Both the position numbers and the translations under genes were made by a program. The notes under the pieces are model-generated. The model searched no databases, was not told the origin of the DNA, and saw only the letters and a program-made list of their open reading frames with translations. Positions 44,877 through 55,510 of a stretch of 64,000 nt of DNA are shown here, piece after piece (the stretch's first letter is position 1; each line of letters opens with the position of its first letter). The DNA comes from a bacterium (GTDB taxonomy: Bacteria; SM23-31): assembly GCA_965249485.1 (NCBI GenBank), contig OZ252239.1:2880001-2944000 (forward strand), in the 5' to 3' direction.

Positions 44877-45665
44877 TTATCTTCGTAATTGATTCGATGT
44901 ATTGAGCATGTCGTCCGCTGCCTGCACAGCTTTTGAATTGGTTTCAAACGCTCTTTGTGCAACGATCATATTGACCATTTCTTCAACCAAATCAACGTTT
45001 GAACCCTCAATGTGCCGTTGCACTATGTTTCCTGCACCGTCAATTCCGGGTACACCTTGAATCGGTGCGCCTGATGCAAACGTCGCTTCAAACAGGTTTT
45101 GTCCTATATTTTTCAAACCTGCTGGATTAATAAACAGAGTAACTTGTAATTGTCCGAGATTCTGAAGCGTTTCCTGACCGAATACCCGGGCATTCACAAC
45201 ACCGTCAGCAGCAATCTCTATATCGAGTGCGCCCTGTGGAATTGTGATCTGTGGTTCGATGTTAAAACCGTCAGATGTAACCAATACACCAAGTTCCGAT
45301 AATTTCAAAGCTCCGTCACGTGTATATGTCTGCCGACCGTCGGGAAGGTTGACCTGTAAAAAGCCGTTCCCATTAATCGCAACATCAAGTGGATTATTCG
45401 TCGCGATCATTTCCCCCTGTGTATATATTTTTTGTGTTGCAACTGGACGGGTTCCTGAACCAACTTGAAGTTCAGTAGGAACAAAACTACCTTGCAAATT
45501 TGAAGATCCGGCAGCCCTGATCGTTTGATACAGCAAATCCTGAAATTCTACTTTGCTCTTTTTGTAACCTGTAGTATTGACATTCGCAAGATTATTCGAA
45601 ACTACGTCAATAAACAATTGCTGAGCAAGCATTCCCGTAGCAGCAGATCGTAATATTCTGCTCAT
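44877..45665 (-). CDS. flgG: flagellar basal-body rod protein FlgG
   Basis: Motifs SNNLANVNTTGYKK, EFQDLLYQ, YTRDG and EGSNVDLVEEMVNMIVAQRAFE. Confidence 0.97.
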   Translation of the reverse strand: MSRILRSAATGMLAQQLFIDVVSNNLANVNTTGYKKSKVEFQDLLYQTIRAAGSSNLQGSFVPTELQVGSGTRPVATQKIYTQGEMIATNNPLDVAINGNGFLQVNLPDGRQTYTRDGALKLSELGVLVTSDGFNIEPQITIPQGALDIEIAADGVVNARVFGQETLQNLGQLQVTLFINPAGLKNIGQNLFEATFASGAPIQGVPGIDGAGNIVQRHIEGSNVDLVEEMVNMIVAQRAFETNSKAVQAADDMLNTSNQLRR

Positions 45666-45696
45666 TAAAGCATCCTCCGTTTATTCATTAAAACTG

Positions 45697-46431
45697 TTAT
45701 TGCACTCTACCAACTTCGTTGACTGCCCGGTCGAGTGATTCGTCCTGCATATTGATTGCTTTCTCATTCGTTTCAAATTCACGTGCTGACTGAATCAAAC
45801 TTACCATTTCTTCTATAACTTCTACATTTGATTCTTCAAGTGTTCCCTGCCGTAGTTTGAATTGACTCGTATTCAGAGGAGTAGCTGAACCTGCCTCAGC
45901 TTCGAATAAACCATCGCCTAATTTATTCAATTGATACGGTTTCGGAAAGTCTACAATTTACAATAAGTCTATGGTTACACCATCTACCTGAACTGCACCA
46001 TCATCGCCAATAAATATTGATTGCCCCTGAAGCAGCATTGTACCATTATTGCCCAGTACCTGATATCCATTGCCAGTTATGAGAATACCGTTTTCATCAA
46101 GCTGAAAATTTCCGTTTCGTGTGTACCTCGTTCCGTCAGTCGTCTGAACAACAAAAAAACCATCGCCTTCAAAAGCAGTATCGAGTGGGTTTCCTGTCGG
46201 TGTTAAATTACCTTGTTGATGCATTGTATGGTCCTCATCAACATCTTCAAGTTTTTTGAAATCTGTTGAATTCTGTTGAAGGATCGTGTCATGGTCAACA
46301 AGATGTTTTCTGAAGACACCATCTTTTTTGAAACCCGTGGTGTTGGCATTGGCAAGATTATTAGCCGTGACTTCTTGCTTGAGCTGGAGTGAATTCATAG
46401 CTGCAGCATTGGTGTAAATTCCGCGTAGCAT
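45697..46431 (-). CDS. flgF: flagellar basal-body rod protein FlgF with one in-frame TAA at 45958-45960
   Basis: ANNLANANTTGFK and YTRNGNF; the read continues in frame as DLL*IVDFPKPYQLNKLG...LEESNV. Confidence 0.88.
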
Positions 46432-46555
46432 TGCGTTTCCTTTTAGGTGGTTTATCGAAAAAATTCAAACTGCTTAACTTAGCAGCCGATACTATAAGTG
46501 AGTATTGGTTATATTGAGCATTGTGCATAGTTAATATTTACCGTAGCTTGTCAGG

Positions 46556-46570
46556 GCAATATGCGTGCCA
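46556..46570 (-). promoter_or_regulatory. sigma54 promoter of the flgF-csrA operon
   Basis: Minus strand TGGCACGCATATTGC, about 125 bp upstream of the flgF ATG. Confidence 0.85.
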
Positions 46571-46613
46571 TACTACACTTGACAAACGTTTCAGTGTCCT
46601 GTAAGCACTGAAA

Positions 46614-46626
46614 AATCAAACATTTA
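46614..46626. promoter_or_regulatory. possible IHF site
   Basis: AATCAAACATTTA matches WATCAA-N4-TTR and lies between the sigma54 promoter and the putative enhancer. Confidence 0.35.
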
Positions 46627-46677
46627 CCCGGTGCATACTCGACACTAAGGAAAATAGTTATGACCTCTGGATTGAAA

Positions 46678-46694
46678 TCGGAAATTTTTGCCCG
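46678..46694. promoter_or_regulatory. putative enhancer-binding-protein site (GG-N9-CC)
   Basis: TCGGAAATTTTTGCCCG, about 110-125 bp upstream of the flgF sigma54 promoter. Confidence 0.5.
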
Positions 46695-46770
46695 TTTTCT
46701 GAAGTGTAGATCATCTATAATGAAAGATTTTTATTGCTCCGCGAATAGAATATACCTAAGTTTATCCACT

Positions 46771-48420
46771 ATGAAACCAAGTATGATTTTCTTGAAACTT
46801 ATTGGTGTCCTTGCATTCCTGCTTTTTATTAATAATCCGGTAATTAGCCAGCAAAACCACACCATTTTAATTGTTCTGGATTCCTCCAAGAGAATGGCGG
46901 AAGACATTGGAGGACTAACTAAATTTGACAAAGCAAAGCAAGTAATCGAAGATTTTATTAATGCGCAGATTCCTGCTCAAATTGGCCTGACCGTTTTTGG
47001 TTCAGACGAAGTAAGCGGATCCGAAGCATATTTTTCTCCCGTATTACCAGCAGATGAAACTGCCAATGTTATTATGAATGAATTGACTTCTTTGGAACCA
47101 GCCGGAATGAGTCCTATTGCATCTGCTCTGGCTTCAGGAAGTCAAGCATTTAATGTCACTAATGCAAATTATATAATTTTGATAACCGACGGTGTAGAGG
47201 ACAGCGGAGGAGGACCTGTTTCAATTACCGAAGCACTTATTGAGCAGGGTTTACTTTACCGACTAGACGTGGTTAGCTTTGCCGAGAATATTGAAGATAA
47301 CAGGTTATTAGATGCACTTGTGCAACGAGGTGGTGGAAACTATTATCCAATTGAAAAATCGGAAGATCTCATCCAAAATTATTTTTCTGAAATCAATGAA
47401 GAAATTAGGAGAAGCTTCTCAGGGATGATCGGATATCGTAGTTTCATCAACGAAGTCAACAGCTTTCCAGCATATGGTATTGAAGTATCACTTTTAAATT
47501 CAACCGGTCAGGAAATTGAGATGCGCAGTTTTTGGAGAGGGATTTTCGAAGACCTCCCCCCCGGAAATTATATGCTTGTTGCCAGACATGGAACAATAGA
47601 GCACTCAGCACCAATTGCAGTAATTCCTGGCGTGCGAAACGACCACAACTTTGTGTTTGATCTTGCATCGGGCGGATTCACTTTTAACCATACAATCAAG
47701 AATACTGTCTGTAGCCGCGCATATGGTACAATTACGCGAGTATACCATTCAAGTGGGGAGATTATTTATACCGGAACTTCCTGGCGAGGCGCAATCGACA
47801 ACTTACCTGAAGGAGCATACCAGGTTGAGGCATATATTGAAGGACTTTCCATTCAAACGAAAGAAGTAATTATTCAACAGGGCACAGATCCTGTAATCAC
47901 ATTCGAATTTGATGTCGGCCGGGGAAGAATATCGTACTTGTGTTTTCTTGATCCGAGCCAAACGAATGTGGCGAACGGTACTGTTATCAAAATGTATCGA
48001 CAGCCTTACAATGAACTCGTACTTGAGCAAACACAGTGGCGTGGGACCACTCCCTATTTACCCGTCGGGCAATACGCTGTGGAAGGAAATTACAAGGGTA
48101 TAATCAGAATGGAAGAAATTGAAATCCATTCTGATTCTACGAGTGCATTGACGTTTACATTTAATATTATACAGGATAGGTTTAGTTATCAGTGTTTCAG
48201 GAATGAATTGCGGAAAACCCCTGCAACAGGAGTGATTTTTCAAGTGATCGATGAAAAAGGTGCAATTATAGAAGAGTCAAATTTTTGGCGCGGATCGTTT
48301 CAGCTTCCTGAGGGGAATTATACACTCAAAGCATTATACCAGGGAGTTACAAAAATTCAAACACTCAATCTGATCGAATCAACTGATCCGATCGTCTCAA
48401 TCATTGATTTTGAGTTGTGA
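46771..48420 (+). CDS. secreted VWA-domain protein with four C-terminal ~85-aa beta-rich repeats
   Basis: Signal peptide; ILIVLDSS, G.SPIASAL and IILITDGVE; four WRG....LP.G.Y repeats. Confidence 0.8.
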   Translation: MKPSMIFLKLIGVLAFLLFINNPVISQQNHTILIVLDSSKRMAEDIGGLTKFDKAKQVIEDFINAQIPAQIGLTVFGSDEVSGSEAYFSPVLPADETANVIMNELTSLEPAGMSPIASALASGSQAFNVTNANYIILITDGVEDSGGGPVSITEALIEQGLLYRLDVVSFAENIEDNRLLDALVQRGGGNYYPIEKSEDLIQNYFSEINEEIRRSFSGMIGYRSFINEVNSFPAYGIEVSLLNSTGQEIEMRSFWRGIFEDLPPGNYMLVARHGTIEHSAPIAVIPGVRNDHNFVFDLASGGFTFNHTIKNTVCSRAYGTITRVYHSSGEIIYTGTSWRGAIDNLPEGAYQVEAYIEGLSIQTKEVIIQQGTDPVITFEFDVGRGRISYLCFLDPSQTNVANGTVIKMYRQPYNELVLEQTQWRGTTPYLPVGQYAVEGNYKGIIRMEEIEIHSDSTSALTFTFNIIQDRFSYQCFRNELRKTPATGVIFQVIDEKGAIIEESNFWRGSFQLPEGNYTLKALYQGVTKIQTLNLIESTDPIVSIIDFEL

Positions 48421-48432
48421 TGATTGGATGCA

Positions 48433-50709
48433 CTACTCGATCACAAGACCCAAATCTTGAAACATGCTGATACGGAGAGCTTCTGCCCAGTTTGATAATA
48501 AGTTCTTTTGCAGATCCGATAAATCCAATCCGGACAGCTGATTCATTTTATTTTCACGTTCTGTCGGAAATATCTTAATCCCTTCACTCCTGCTGCTCGT
48601 GGCAGCTATGTTGTCTACAAAAGCGAGCGTACCTTCAGCTACATTAATCAATTGAATTGCCACTTCTATTTCCATTGTCGTTCTCGGAAGTCCCATGAAA
48701 TATGGAATATAGAGCCCTCTACCTCTCTCCACATTATAATTGACCACTTCCCCGTAAACAACATAATCTACACCAAGCCGTTTACCCATCCTGACCATAT
48801 CGCTCATTACAACCTTTTGATTTTGTTTGAGCCCTTCATTCGACATGACAGCTTGAACGTTGCGCTGCGGAACCAATACAAAATATTCATTGTAGTCAAA
48901 AACCGATCTGAACGATTCAACAAGTGGTTCTCTGATCTTCCCAAGTTCCCGGGTATTAAATTCAAGGACAGCGAGCTTGCTGATCTGAGACAAATATTGT
49001 ATGGCATTACCTCTTTCTACATTATTAAAATTCAGCTCGGCTATCAACTCTTCACCGACATTGTTAATATCAACAGAACGCCGGACTTTTCCATCTTCAC
49101 GTTCGGAAAAGGTAATAATATTATCATCTACCCGGGCACCTTCAGTCTGGGGATTGGTATGAACATAATAGAAAAACCGAAAATCTTCTCTATTTAATCC
49201 GAACCTTCTTTGTATAGAATCGAATCCGGGCGCAAGATTATGTGGAATTGTCGATTCGTCGATACCGTCAGAAAAGACCACAATTCTCTGCAAGTGCTGC
49301 CGGTTATAATCACTGCTCTGATATGTGTCTAATTGCCGGTATGCTTCAAGAAGAGAAGATTCAAATAATTCTCTCCACCTTAATTCAGAGCCGAGCGCAT
49401 CAAGCTCATCGGCTTTCGTATTTATCTCATCGGGAATATCTCTTACCGAATTTTTCACTTCTTCTTTTTTTGCCGCATCTAATGACTGCCAGGAAAGAGT
49501 ATTGATTTCATTATTAAACGATATCAACGACACATTTGATCTGTCCGAAATACTATCAATAAGAACCTGAACAAATTCAGTTATACCCTGTAAAACCTCT
49601 TCACCAGTCCGTCCTTCCCCTATTCCCCTACCGATCATTGATGGCGTTCCATCGATAATAAACACGGTATCTTTAATTGGGGGACGCGGAAGAGAATAGA
49701 GAACTCCCTCTCTACTGATAAATGGCTTCCTTCCTGGTTCGAGTGCCGGTTCTTCTAGAGGATTAACAGGTGGCGCTGCAGCAACCCTTCGTTGCCGTCC
49801 AATAATGCTGTTCATGCGTACATCAAAAAAGATACCCGTACCGGGCCGCTTACTCCCCAAAGGAATATCTGCTCCGAGCTTTAGTTGCATGCCCGGTCTT
49901 TCATAAAATTTAATTCCTACCGCAATATTTCCAAGACTGCGTCCATCACCCTGCTGGGTCAGAATATTCTGAGAATAATATTCACCAAATAAATTTGTCC
50001 CGAAGAAAAAATTTCTGCCCAATCCAAAGCCAACATGGAATTGGCTTGATTGTATTAATTCATCTGTTGGCGAAACACCGTAAACACCATTTAAGACATT
50101 ATACCAAAATGTACTGTCCGGTTCTGTTATTTCTGAAACTCTGCTGCCTCCGTGAAAATATCCGGCATTTATTTTTGCAATCCAATTACTCCAGTTAAAA
50201 TCCACATAGAGGTTTGAACCAAAACTGCTTTTATAGGAAGTAAATGCGCGAATCAAACGCTGGCCCTCATCAAAACCAGCTGGAAACGAGTAATATGTTT
50301 CTGCCGACCAGTTGAATTCCGCTTCTTCGACGTTGGGTGATGCATAACGCAATCCAACTCGCATATCTCCTGCACCATATTTATACGTGCCGGGGAGCTG
50401 GTCCATAAAGGACATTCCGCTTATTCCAAACTCCCAGTTCTCATTTATCCCATACCGGAGCGACCACTGCAAATCAGCAAGCGCACTTGATCCTCTAAAG
50501 GTAAGGGTATCGATACCCGAGGGTATCCTGAACACCTCATTTGTCGTATGATATGCTGTGGTTAAGCGAAAATCAAACGCTCTGCGTTGCGCAAGGAGAG
50601 CCGATCTGACTCTATAAAAATCATCACCACCCATCTGCTGTGCAAACACCGATCCGAATACAATCAAATTGATTGCTAAAGATAAACCCAAAAATTGTAT
50701 TTTTTTCAT
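48433..50709 (-). CDS. secreted multidomain protein: putative outer-membrane beta-barrel + VWA + CsgG/TolB-N-like domain
   Basis: Signal peptide; aromatic/Gly-rich alternating strands (aa ~35-300); Pro-rich linker; FIIDGTPSM and VVFSDGID; C-terminal LAVLEF...GKRLGVDYVVYGEV...QLINV. Confidence 0.6.
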   Translation of the reverse strand: MKKIQFLGLSLAINLIVFGSVFAQQMGGDDFYRVRSALLAQRRAFDFRLTTAYHTTNEVFRIPSGIDTLTFRGSSALADLQWSLRYGINENWEFGISGMSFMDQLPGTYKYGAGDMRVGLRYASPNVEEAEFNWSAETYYSFPAGFDEGQRLIRAFTSYKSSFGSNLYVDFNWSNWIAKINAGYFHGGSRVSEITEPDSTFWYNVLNGVYGVSPTDELIQSSQFHVGFGLGRNFFFGTNLFGEYYSQNILTQQGDGRSLGNIAVGIKFYERPGMQLKLGADIPLGSKRPGTGIFFDVRMNSIIGRQRRVAAAPPVNPLEEPALEPGRKPFISREGVLYSLPRPPIKDTVFIIDGTPSMIGRGIGEGRTGEEVLQGITEFVQVLIDSISDRSNVSLISFNNEINTLSWQSLDAAKKEEVKNSVRDIPDEINTKADELDALGSELRWRELFESSLLEAYRQLDTYQSSDYNRQHLQRIVVFSDGIDESTIPHNLAPGFDSIQRRFGLNREDFRFFYYVHTNPQTEGARVDDNIITFSEREDGKVRRSVDINNVGEELIAELNFNNVERGNAIQYLSQISKLAVLEFNTRELGKIREPLVESFRSVFDYNEYFVLVPQRNVQAVMSNEGLKQNQKVVMSDMVRMGKRLGVDYVVYGEVVNYNVERGRGLYIPYFMGLPRTTMEIEVAIQLINVAEGTLAFVDNIAATSSRSEGIKIFPTERENKMNQLSGLDLSDLQKNLLSNWAEALRISMFQDLGLVIE

Positions 50710-51338
50710 ATTCTTTCCAAAGCTTCTAATAAACTTATTAAATAGTTTTCTGATTCTTTATTAAAATCAGGATTGGAATCGAAAAATTTAATATACTGAT
50801 CGAATGCCATTTCAAAATCGCTTGAATAATAATAAGATAATGCTAATATTTTACGTGCCAATTTTGCCGTGACAGAATTATCATGTTCAAATATATAGTC
50901 AGTACCCTGAAAATCAAAACTTAAAGAGTCCACACGGATTATAGTTGTGAGAGAAGTAATGGATATTTCATAATCATTTTCCTCAAATGCTGCAATCCCA
51001 TTCCCAACCATAGCATCGGTAAAGCTTGAGTCTGAACCAATGGCAGAAGCAAAACTAAACAAAGAGTTGTTTAGATCGTGTGCATGAAAATAGGACCATC
51101 CAAGCCCGTTAAATGTGTCTACAATAGCATTATCGGCATTCCTGGCCTCATTAAAACGTTCAATAGCCTTCTGAAAACGGTCATTTTCGAATTCAATCCA
51201 AGCTTGATCGATAAGTTCCTGTGCTTTGACTTTATCTGCCGGAGGTGGATTGACTCCAAAATTCGACCCACCACAGGAGAGTGTAATTAGCACGAAGAAA
51301 ATAAGTTTTCTCATTGTATCATTCATTGTATCATTCAT
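50706..51338 (-). CDS. TPR lipoprotein (start may be 51314, MRKL)
   Basis: Lipobox LSC; TPR patterns AW.EFE...F..A...F..A and NGLGWSY. Confidence 0.8.
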   Translation of the reverse strand: MNDTMNDTMRKLIFFVLITLSCGGSNFGVNPPPADKVKAQELIDQAWIEFENDRFQKAIERFNEARNADNAIVDTFNGLGWSYFHAHDLNNSLFSFASAIGSDSSFTDAMVGNGIAAFEENDYEISITSLTTIIRVDSLSFDFQGTDYIFEHDNSVTAKLARKILALSYYYSSDFEMAFDQYIKFFDSNPDFNKESENYLISLLEALERI

Positions 51339-51347
51339 TGTATCATT
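51312..51347. repeat. 12-bp tandem repeat x3 (CATTGTATCATT) at the gene junction
   Basis: Three exact copies; they encode MNDTMNDTM and overlap the upstream stop codon. Confidence 0.9.
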
Positions 51348-54300
51348 TCAGCAAAATCATTTTACGGATTTTAGTAAAGTTTTGTGTTGTTAGTCTATAT
51401 ATATACATTCCAGACGCTACCGGTTGTCCCTGATCATTTCTACCGTTCCAATCAACTATGTGGGTACCTGCAGTCTGCTGCCGGCTGACCAGTGTCCTAA
51501 CCTTTTGTCCCAGTGCATTATATATTTCGAGTGTCACTATATTGGTCTGAGCAATTTGATATTTTATAGTTGTTACCGGATTAAAGGGATTTGGGTAGTT
51601 CTGAAACAGTTCATACGCTATCGGAAGAGTAACATTTCTCACAGATAGCGGCAGTGAAAACGTTTCTGAAAAATTACCCGCTCTATCCTGTGCCGATACA
51701 CTAAGAACGCTTTTATCGATTATCATATCATCACTATTGAACGTAATGATATATTCATTGTCAGATAGTTGATGAAATTGATTAGTTACAATTTGCCCGT
51801 TCAATAACGTATTAAATGACTCTATTCCACTCTCCGAATCACTAACATTAACTTTAAATTGATATGATTCTGTGCTGAGTGCTTCAATATTCTCTAAAAT
51901 CGGAGGAGATTCATCTACAGCGACAAAATATAACCCGAAATTCCTGATACGTGCAGTAATATGTAATTTTTCCTTATTTGCCGTACTCGCTACATACTCA
52001 GCCTCATTTGAGCCAACCGGCACTGTGTATATCCCCAATTTGTTTTGTGCTGTTCTGCTGTTTGTAAGGGAACCAATATTAAATGTTAATGTTCCGTCTT
52101 CGGAAGCACTCGAAACATTAACATCGCTTCTAACATAATAGCTGATAAGCGGTGCAAATTTCGTATTGAGATTTGCAGGTTTCTGAGTAAACCAGTCATA
52201 ATACTTATTTCTGACATCGGGAATAACAATAACACTTTCATTATTTCGATTTACTTCGGAGGGCAAGAAAATGTTTATATCATTGTCTGTATATGTGAAT
52301 CCCGCAACTTTCGAGAAAACACCTCGAGTAAAAGATGTACTGTCCTTGATTGAACCACCAAAAACATCTGCTGCTTCTGTTACGATTGTAACTTTTCCCG
52401 TCTGATTATCGCTAAACACATAATCTGCTTTCCATATCAATTCATTTCCAATTTTGTGTATATTGAGTGTAAATTTTTCATTATTCACGTCAAGTGTAAC
52501 CGATGGAGTACCAATAAGTGTATCAGTAGCGAATACAACTGCATCGATGTAATCTACCGAAACCGGATTCGGTAATACTTTTAATTCTAAATTTGCCGCT
52601 GAGAGAACAAAAACATCGATCTCGTCGCTTACTTTATTGCCTTCGGGGTCAGTTGCACTGATGACAACATTCCGCTCGACTCCCACATATCCCGGTACGC
52701 TTGTCATGAACAAAATGTGATCTTCTCCTCTTGCAAGATGACCGTCTATCGGAATAATATTGATACTCTCGACTTCCCAAAGTAGTGAATCGTCTTCAGT
52801 ATCTTGATCAAATACGAATTTGTTAAGCTCAAGAGCATCGCTTGTATCACCGGAAACAAAGACAATATCTGGAAGGTGACCAAGAATCGGAACTTTTCCA
52901 AAAGTTACTGTCACTGTCATACCATCACTAGTGGACTGGCTATTAGACGTATTGGTTGCAGTAAATGTAAAGTTGACAGATGACAAAAAACTTTCATTTA
53001 ACACAGAAAATGTAACAACATTTGTATTTTGATTAATTGACACACTAACATTATTATTAGTCGGACTCAATGACCACTGAATATTCTGCCGATCACTCTC
53101 AGGAAAAATTGTAAGGAAGTTATCGAGATCTATGGATTTGGAGTTGTTTTTTGTGATTTCGATATCAGGAATTCCTGTAATAATCGGCACTCCGGGAGTT
53201 ACGAACCGGATCAACACATCTTTTGAATCAATCTTATTTTCCTCGTCAGTAACCGTAAAGGTTATTGTTTCCTCACCGGAAAATGTCGGACTCACCGAAG
53301 AAATTGTCGCGATATGTGGGGCCGTGTTACTGATATTGATTGTTGTGCTACTATTGTTGGTAGCAATCCACTCCATGTTTGTAGGAGAAGTAATATCATC
53401 TTTTACATGATTATCGAGTATCAATGTTGTGTCTGATCCAACCGCTATTGTTATGACATCGGGAAGATCAACAATGAGTGGACGGCCATTATTAAATACC
53501 AGTACCGTTATTGTATCCGCTACAGTATCGTTGGCGGGATCAGTAACAGTAGATATAATCTCTTTTTCTTCATGCGTTCCCGGAGGTACAACAAACTCTG
53601 CATTGTGAATTGGATTATTTGCTCTTACAAACGACGGATCATTGGTTGTCCAAATCAAAGAACCTTTTGGATTATCCTCATCGCTAACAAAATCATCAAG
53701 ATCGACATAGGGGACCGTTGTTTGAATATTCAAAGAAATTATACTTGTATCCGGCAGTGATTGGACAATTTGGGGTGGTTTTGGCCCCACTGTCACCACC
53801 ATTGCATCAAATGTTGCAAATGCCGGGTTATTTTCAAATGCCCTGAACGTTATTGTCTCCGAACCTTGAAAACTCGGATCTATACTCGAAAATGTGAGCC
53901 GCGAATCGGTATCTATAACAATTTTAACTTTTGTTTCACCGGTCCAGGAAAAATTTGTCTGTGCAAGGTTTCCTTCCACATCTGTGGTGAATTCAATTAA
54001 TCGAATATCAGTATTTTCTTCATTGGGGAGAATATGTATGTCAGGCAAACCTGATATTCTGGGTGGATCATTGACCGGTAAAATAACTACATTGACATCA
54101 GTGGAATCTTTTGCACCTTTCGGATCGGTAATTATAAATCGGACTATACCGTTGCCATTAAAATCCTGTGTGCCTTGAAATGTGGCAAAGCGTGTCGCAT
54201 TATCAATGGATAGTAATATGTCGGGATTTGAGGATGTACCGCTCCAGGAAATTGTTGTTGAGTCATCATCAAGGTCGCGTGCTAACGTATCGAGCAAAGA

Positions 54301-55251
54301 GATGAACACTTCATCTTCATTAAAATCTATCACACTGGGTAGTTTTTCGGTAAATTCCGGTTTAAACGTCACTCCAACATTCATGGTGTCGGTGTCTTCC
54401 ACACCAAGAGGATCTCTTATTTTGAAAATATAATCTCGTAAACCGGTAAAACCGGGATCCGCACTTATTGTTACTTGATGAGTCAAAGCATTAATGTCAA
54501 CAGTTACACTGTCCTGTAATCCGCTAACTGACCATATAAGGCTTGACGTATTGTCAGGTGCATCTATTAAAAAATCGTCAAGGTCAAAATGGTTTGGTAA
54601 AACATCACCCGGTTCCATGAGGACATCAGGAATGTTTTTCACATTAACACCGAGAACATTAATTATCACACCCTGTAAAATACCAAATGAATTGTTCGTA
54701 CTATTCGGAAACAGCATCTTTGTGTCTCTGCTAGTGCCTCTATCATCATCAATTGTAACTATGCTGCTCGGCGATGTTCCGATTGCCCTTAATTGAAATC
54801 TGGCCAGTCTACCCGAACCGTTCAGCGTCTGCTGCCCGGACAATGATGCAAATGCGTTGATCTGTATTCCATCTATGTTATTTGGTTCTTCATAAATATT
54901 CCCCTGTGCCGCAGTTAAGGGAGAATAGCTTGCACCCATGAGAAATGGTTGAATACCAATTGTAGGCAGACTCTGATCGATAACCTCAAATACATCCTCA
55001 TCAAATGTCAGGAAAGCAGCAATTCCGGTTACGTCATTTGCGCCAACATTAAACCAAACGTCAATTGCAAAGGTGTCACCGAGTTTCACATCGAAGGAAG
55101 TTATACCCGTTTGGGTGGGATCATTAGCGCCTGTGTTCCCCTTTTGGAGAACAAGGGTAGTCTGAGCATTCGCATTAAAGGGATTAACAAATACGATTGC
55201 CAAAACAACACAGACTATACTCAGCGCTATGCCGGTTCGCAGTACGTTCAT
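51343..55251 (-). CDS. large secreted surface protein: N-terminal cohesin-like domain, tandem cadherin/Ig-like repeats, C-terminal FlgD-Ig/T9SS-type sorting domain
   Basis: Signal peptide; cohesin-like GIAAFLTFD..VFEVID...GSGRLARFQLRA; about six repeats of P.I..LPD...LDD.V.D.D.....L.W; C-terminal LFQNYPNPFNPVTTIKY...WNGRN..G..VASG.YIYRL...RKMILLK. Confidence 0.85.
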   Translation of the reverse strand: MNVLRTGIALSIVCVVLAIVFVNPFNANAQTTLVLQKGNTGANDPTQTGITSFDVKLGDTFAIDVWFNVGANDVTGIAAFLTFDEDVFEVIDQSLPTIGIQPFLMGASYSPLTAAQGNIYEEPNNIDGIQINAFASLSGQQTLNGSGRLARFQLRAIGTSPSSIVTIDDDRGTSRDTKMLFPNSTNNSFGILQGVIINVLGVNVKNIPDVLMEPGDVLPNHFDLDDFLIDAPDNTSSLIWSVSGLQDSVTVDINALTHQVTISADPGFTGLRDYIFKIRDPLGVEDTDTMNVGVTFKPEFTEKLPSVIDFNEDEVFISLLDTLARDLDDDSTTISWSGTSSNPDILLSIDNATRFATFQGTQDFNGNGIVRFIITDPKGAKDSTDVNVVILPVNDPPRISGLPDIHILPNEENTDIRLIEFTTDVEGNLAQTNFSWTGETKVKIVIDTDSRLTFSSIDPSFQGSETITFRAFENNPAFATFDAMVVTVGPKPPQIVQSLPDTSIISLNIQTTVPYVDLDDFVSDEDNPKGSLIWTTNDPSFVRANNPIHNAEFVVPPGTHEEKEIISTVTDPANDTVADTITVLVFNNGRPLIVDLPDVITIAVGSDTTLILDNHVKDDITSPTNMEWIATNNSSTTINISNTAPHIATISSVSPTFSGEETITFTVTDEENKIDSKDVLIRFVTPGVPIITGIPDIEITKNNSKSIDLDNFLTIFPESDRQNIQWSLSPTNNNVSVSINQNTNVVTFSVLNESFLSSVNFTFTATNTSNSQSTSDGMTVTVTFGKVPILGHLPDIVFVSGDTSDALELNKFVFDQDTEDDSLLWEVESINIIPIDGHLARGEDHILFMTSVPGYVGVERNVVISATDPEGNKVSDEIDVFVLSAANLELKVLPNPVSVDYIDAVVFATDTLIGTPSVTLDVNNEKFTLNIHKIGNELIWKADYVFSDNQTGKVTIVTEAADVFGGSIKDSTSFTRGVFSKVAGFTYTDNDINIFLPSEVNRNNESVIVIPDVRNKYYDWFTQKPANLNTKFAPLISYYVRSDVNVSSASEDGTLTFNIGSLTNSRTAQNKLGIYTVPVGSNEAEYVASTANKEKLHITARIRNFGLYFVAVDESPPILENIEALSTESYQFKVNVSDSESGIESFNTLLNGQIVTNQFHQLSDNEYIITFNSDDMIIDKSVLSVSAQDRAGNFSETFSLPLSVRNVTLPIAYELFQNYPNPFNPVTTIKYQIAQTNIVTLEIYNALGQKVRTLVSRQQTAGTHIVDWNGRNDQGQPVASGMYIYRLTTQNFTKIRKMILLK

Positions 55252-55322
55252 TGGTTATTGAGTGCTTTCCTTGCTGGTTTCTTCACTATAACCTCGTAAG
55301 GTTATAATTCGAGTTGATTTGG

Positions 55323-55337
55323 GCAAATGGTGTGCCA
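55323..55337 (-). promoter_or_regulatory. sigma54 promoter of the 1302-aa surface protein operon
   Basis: Minus strand TGGCACACCATTTGC, about 70 bp upstream of the start codon. Confidence 0.75.
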
Positions 55338-55510
55338 TAGTAAATTGTACCGTGTATTATACATTACTTTGTCTATAGTTTTTTACTAATCATTCTTGAT
55401 TGGACGTACAATCAAGGTTAGATGTACAATTATTATCATGACTTTTTTATCAAGTTACTCTTATTGCTTTCGATAGAGCTGCACATACTACTTAGATAAT
55501 TTGAATTCAC

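Noticed and set aside
46660..46770. N-terminal extension of the VWA ORF
   Set aside because: The signal peptide begins at ATG 46771, and the upstream segment overlaps the putative enhancer, so it is probably non-coding.
51312..51347. CRISPR-like repeat
   Set aside because: Only 12-bp units with no spacers and no cas genes.
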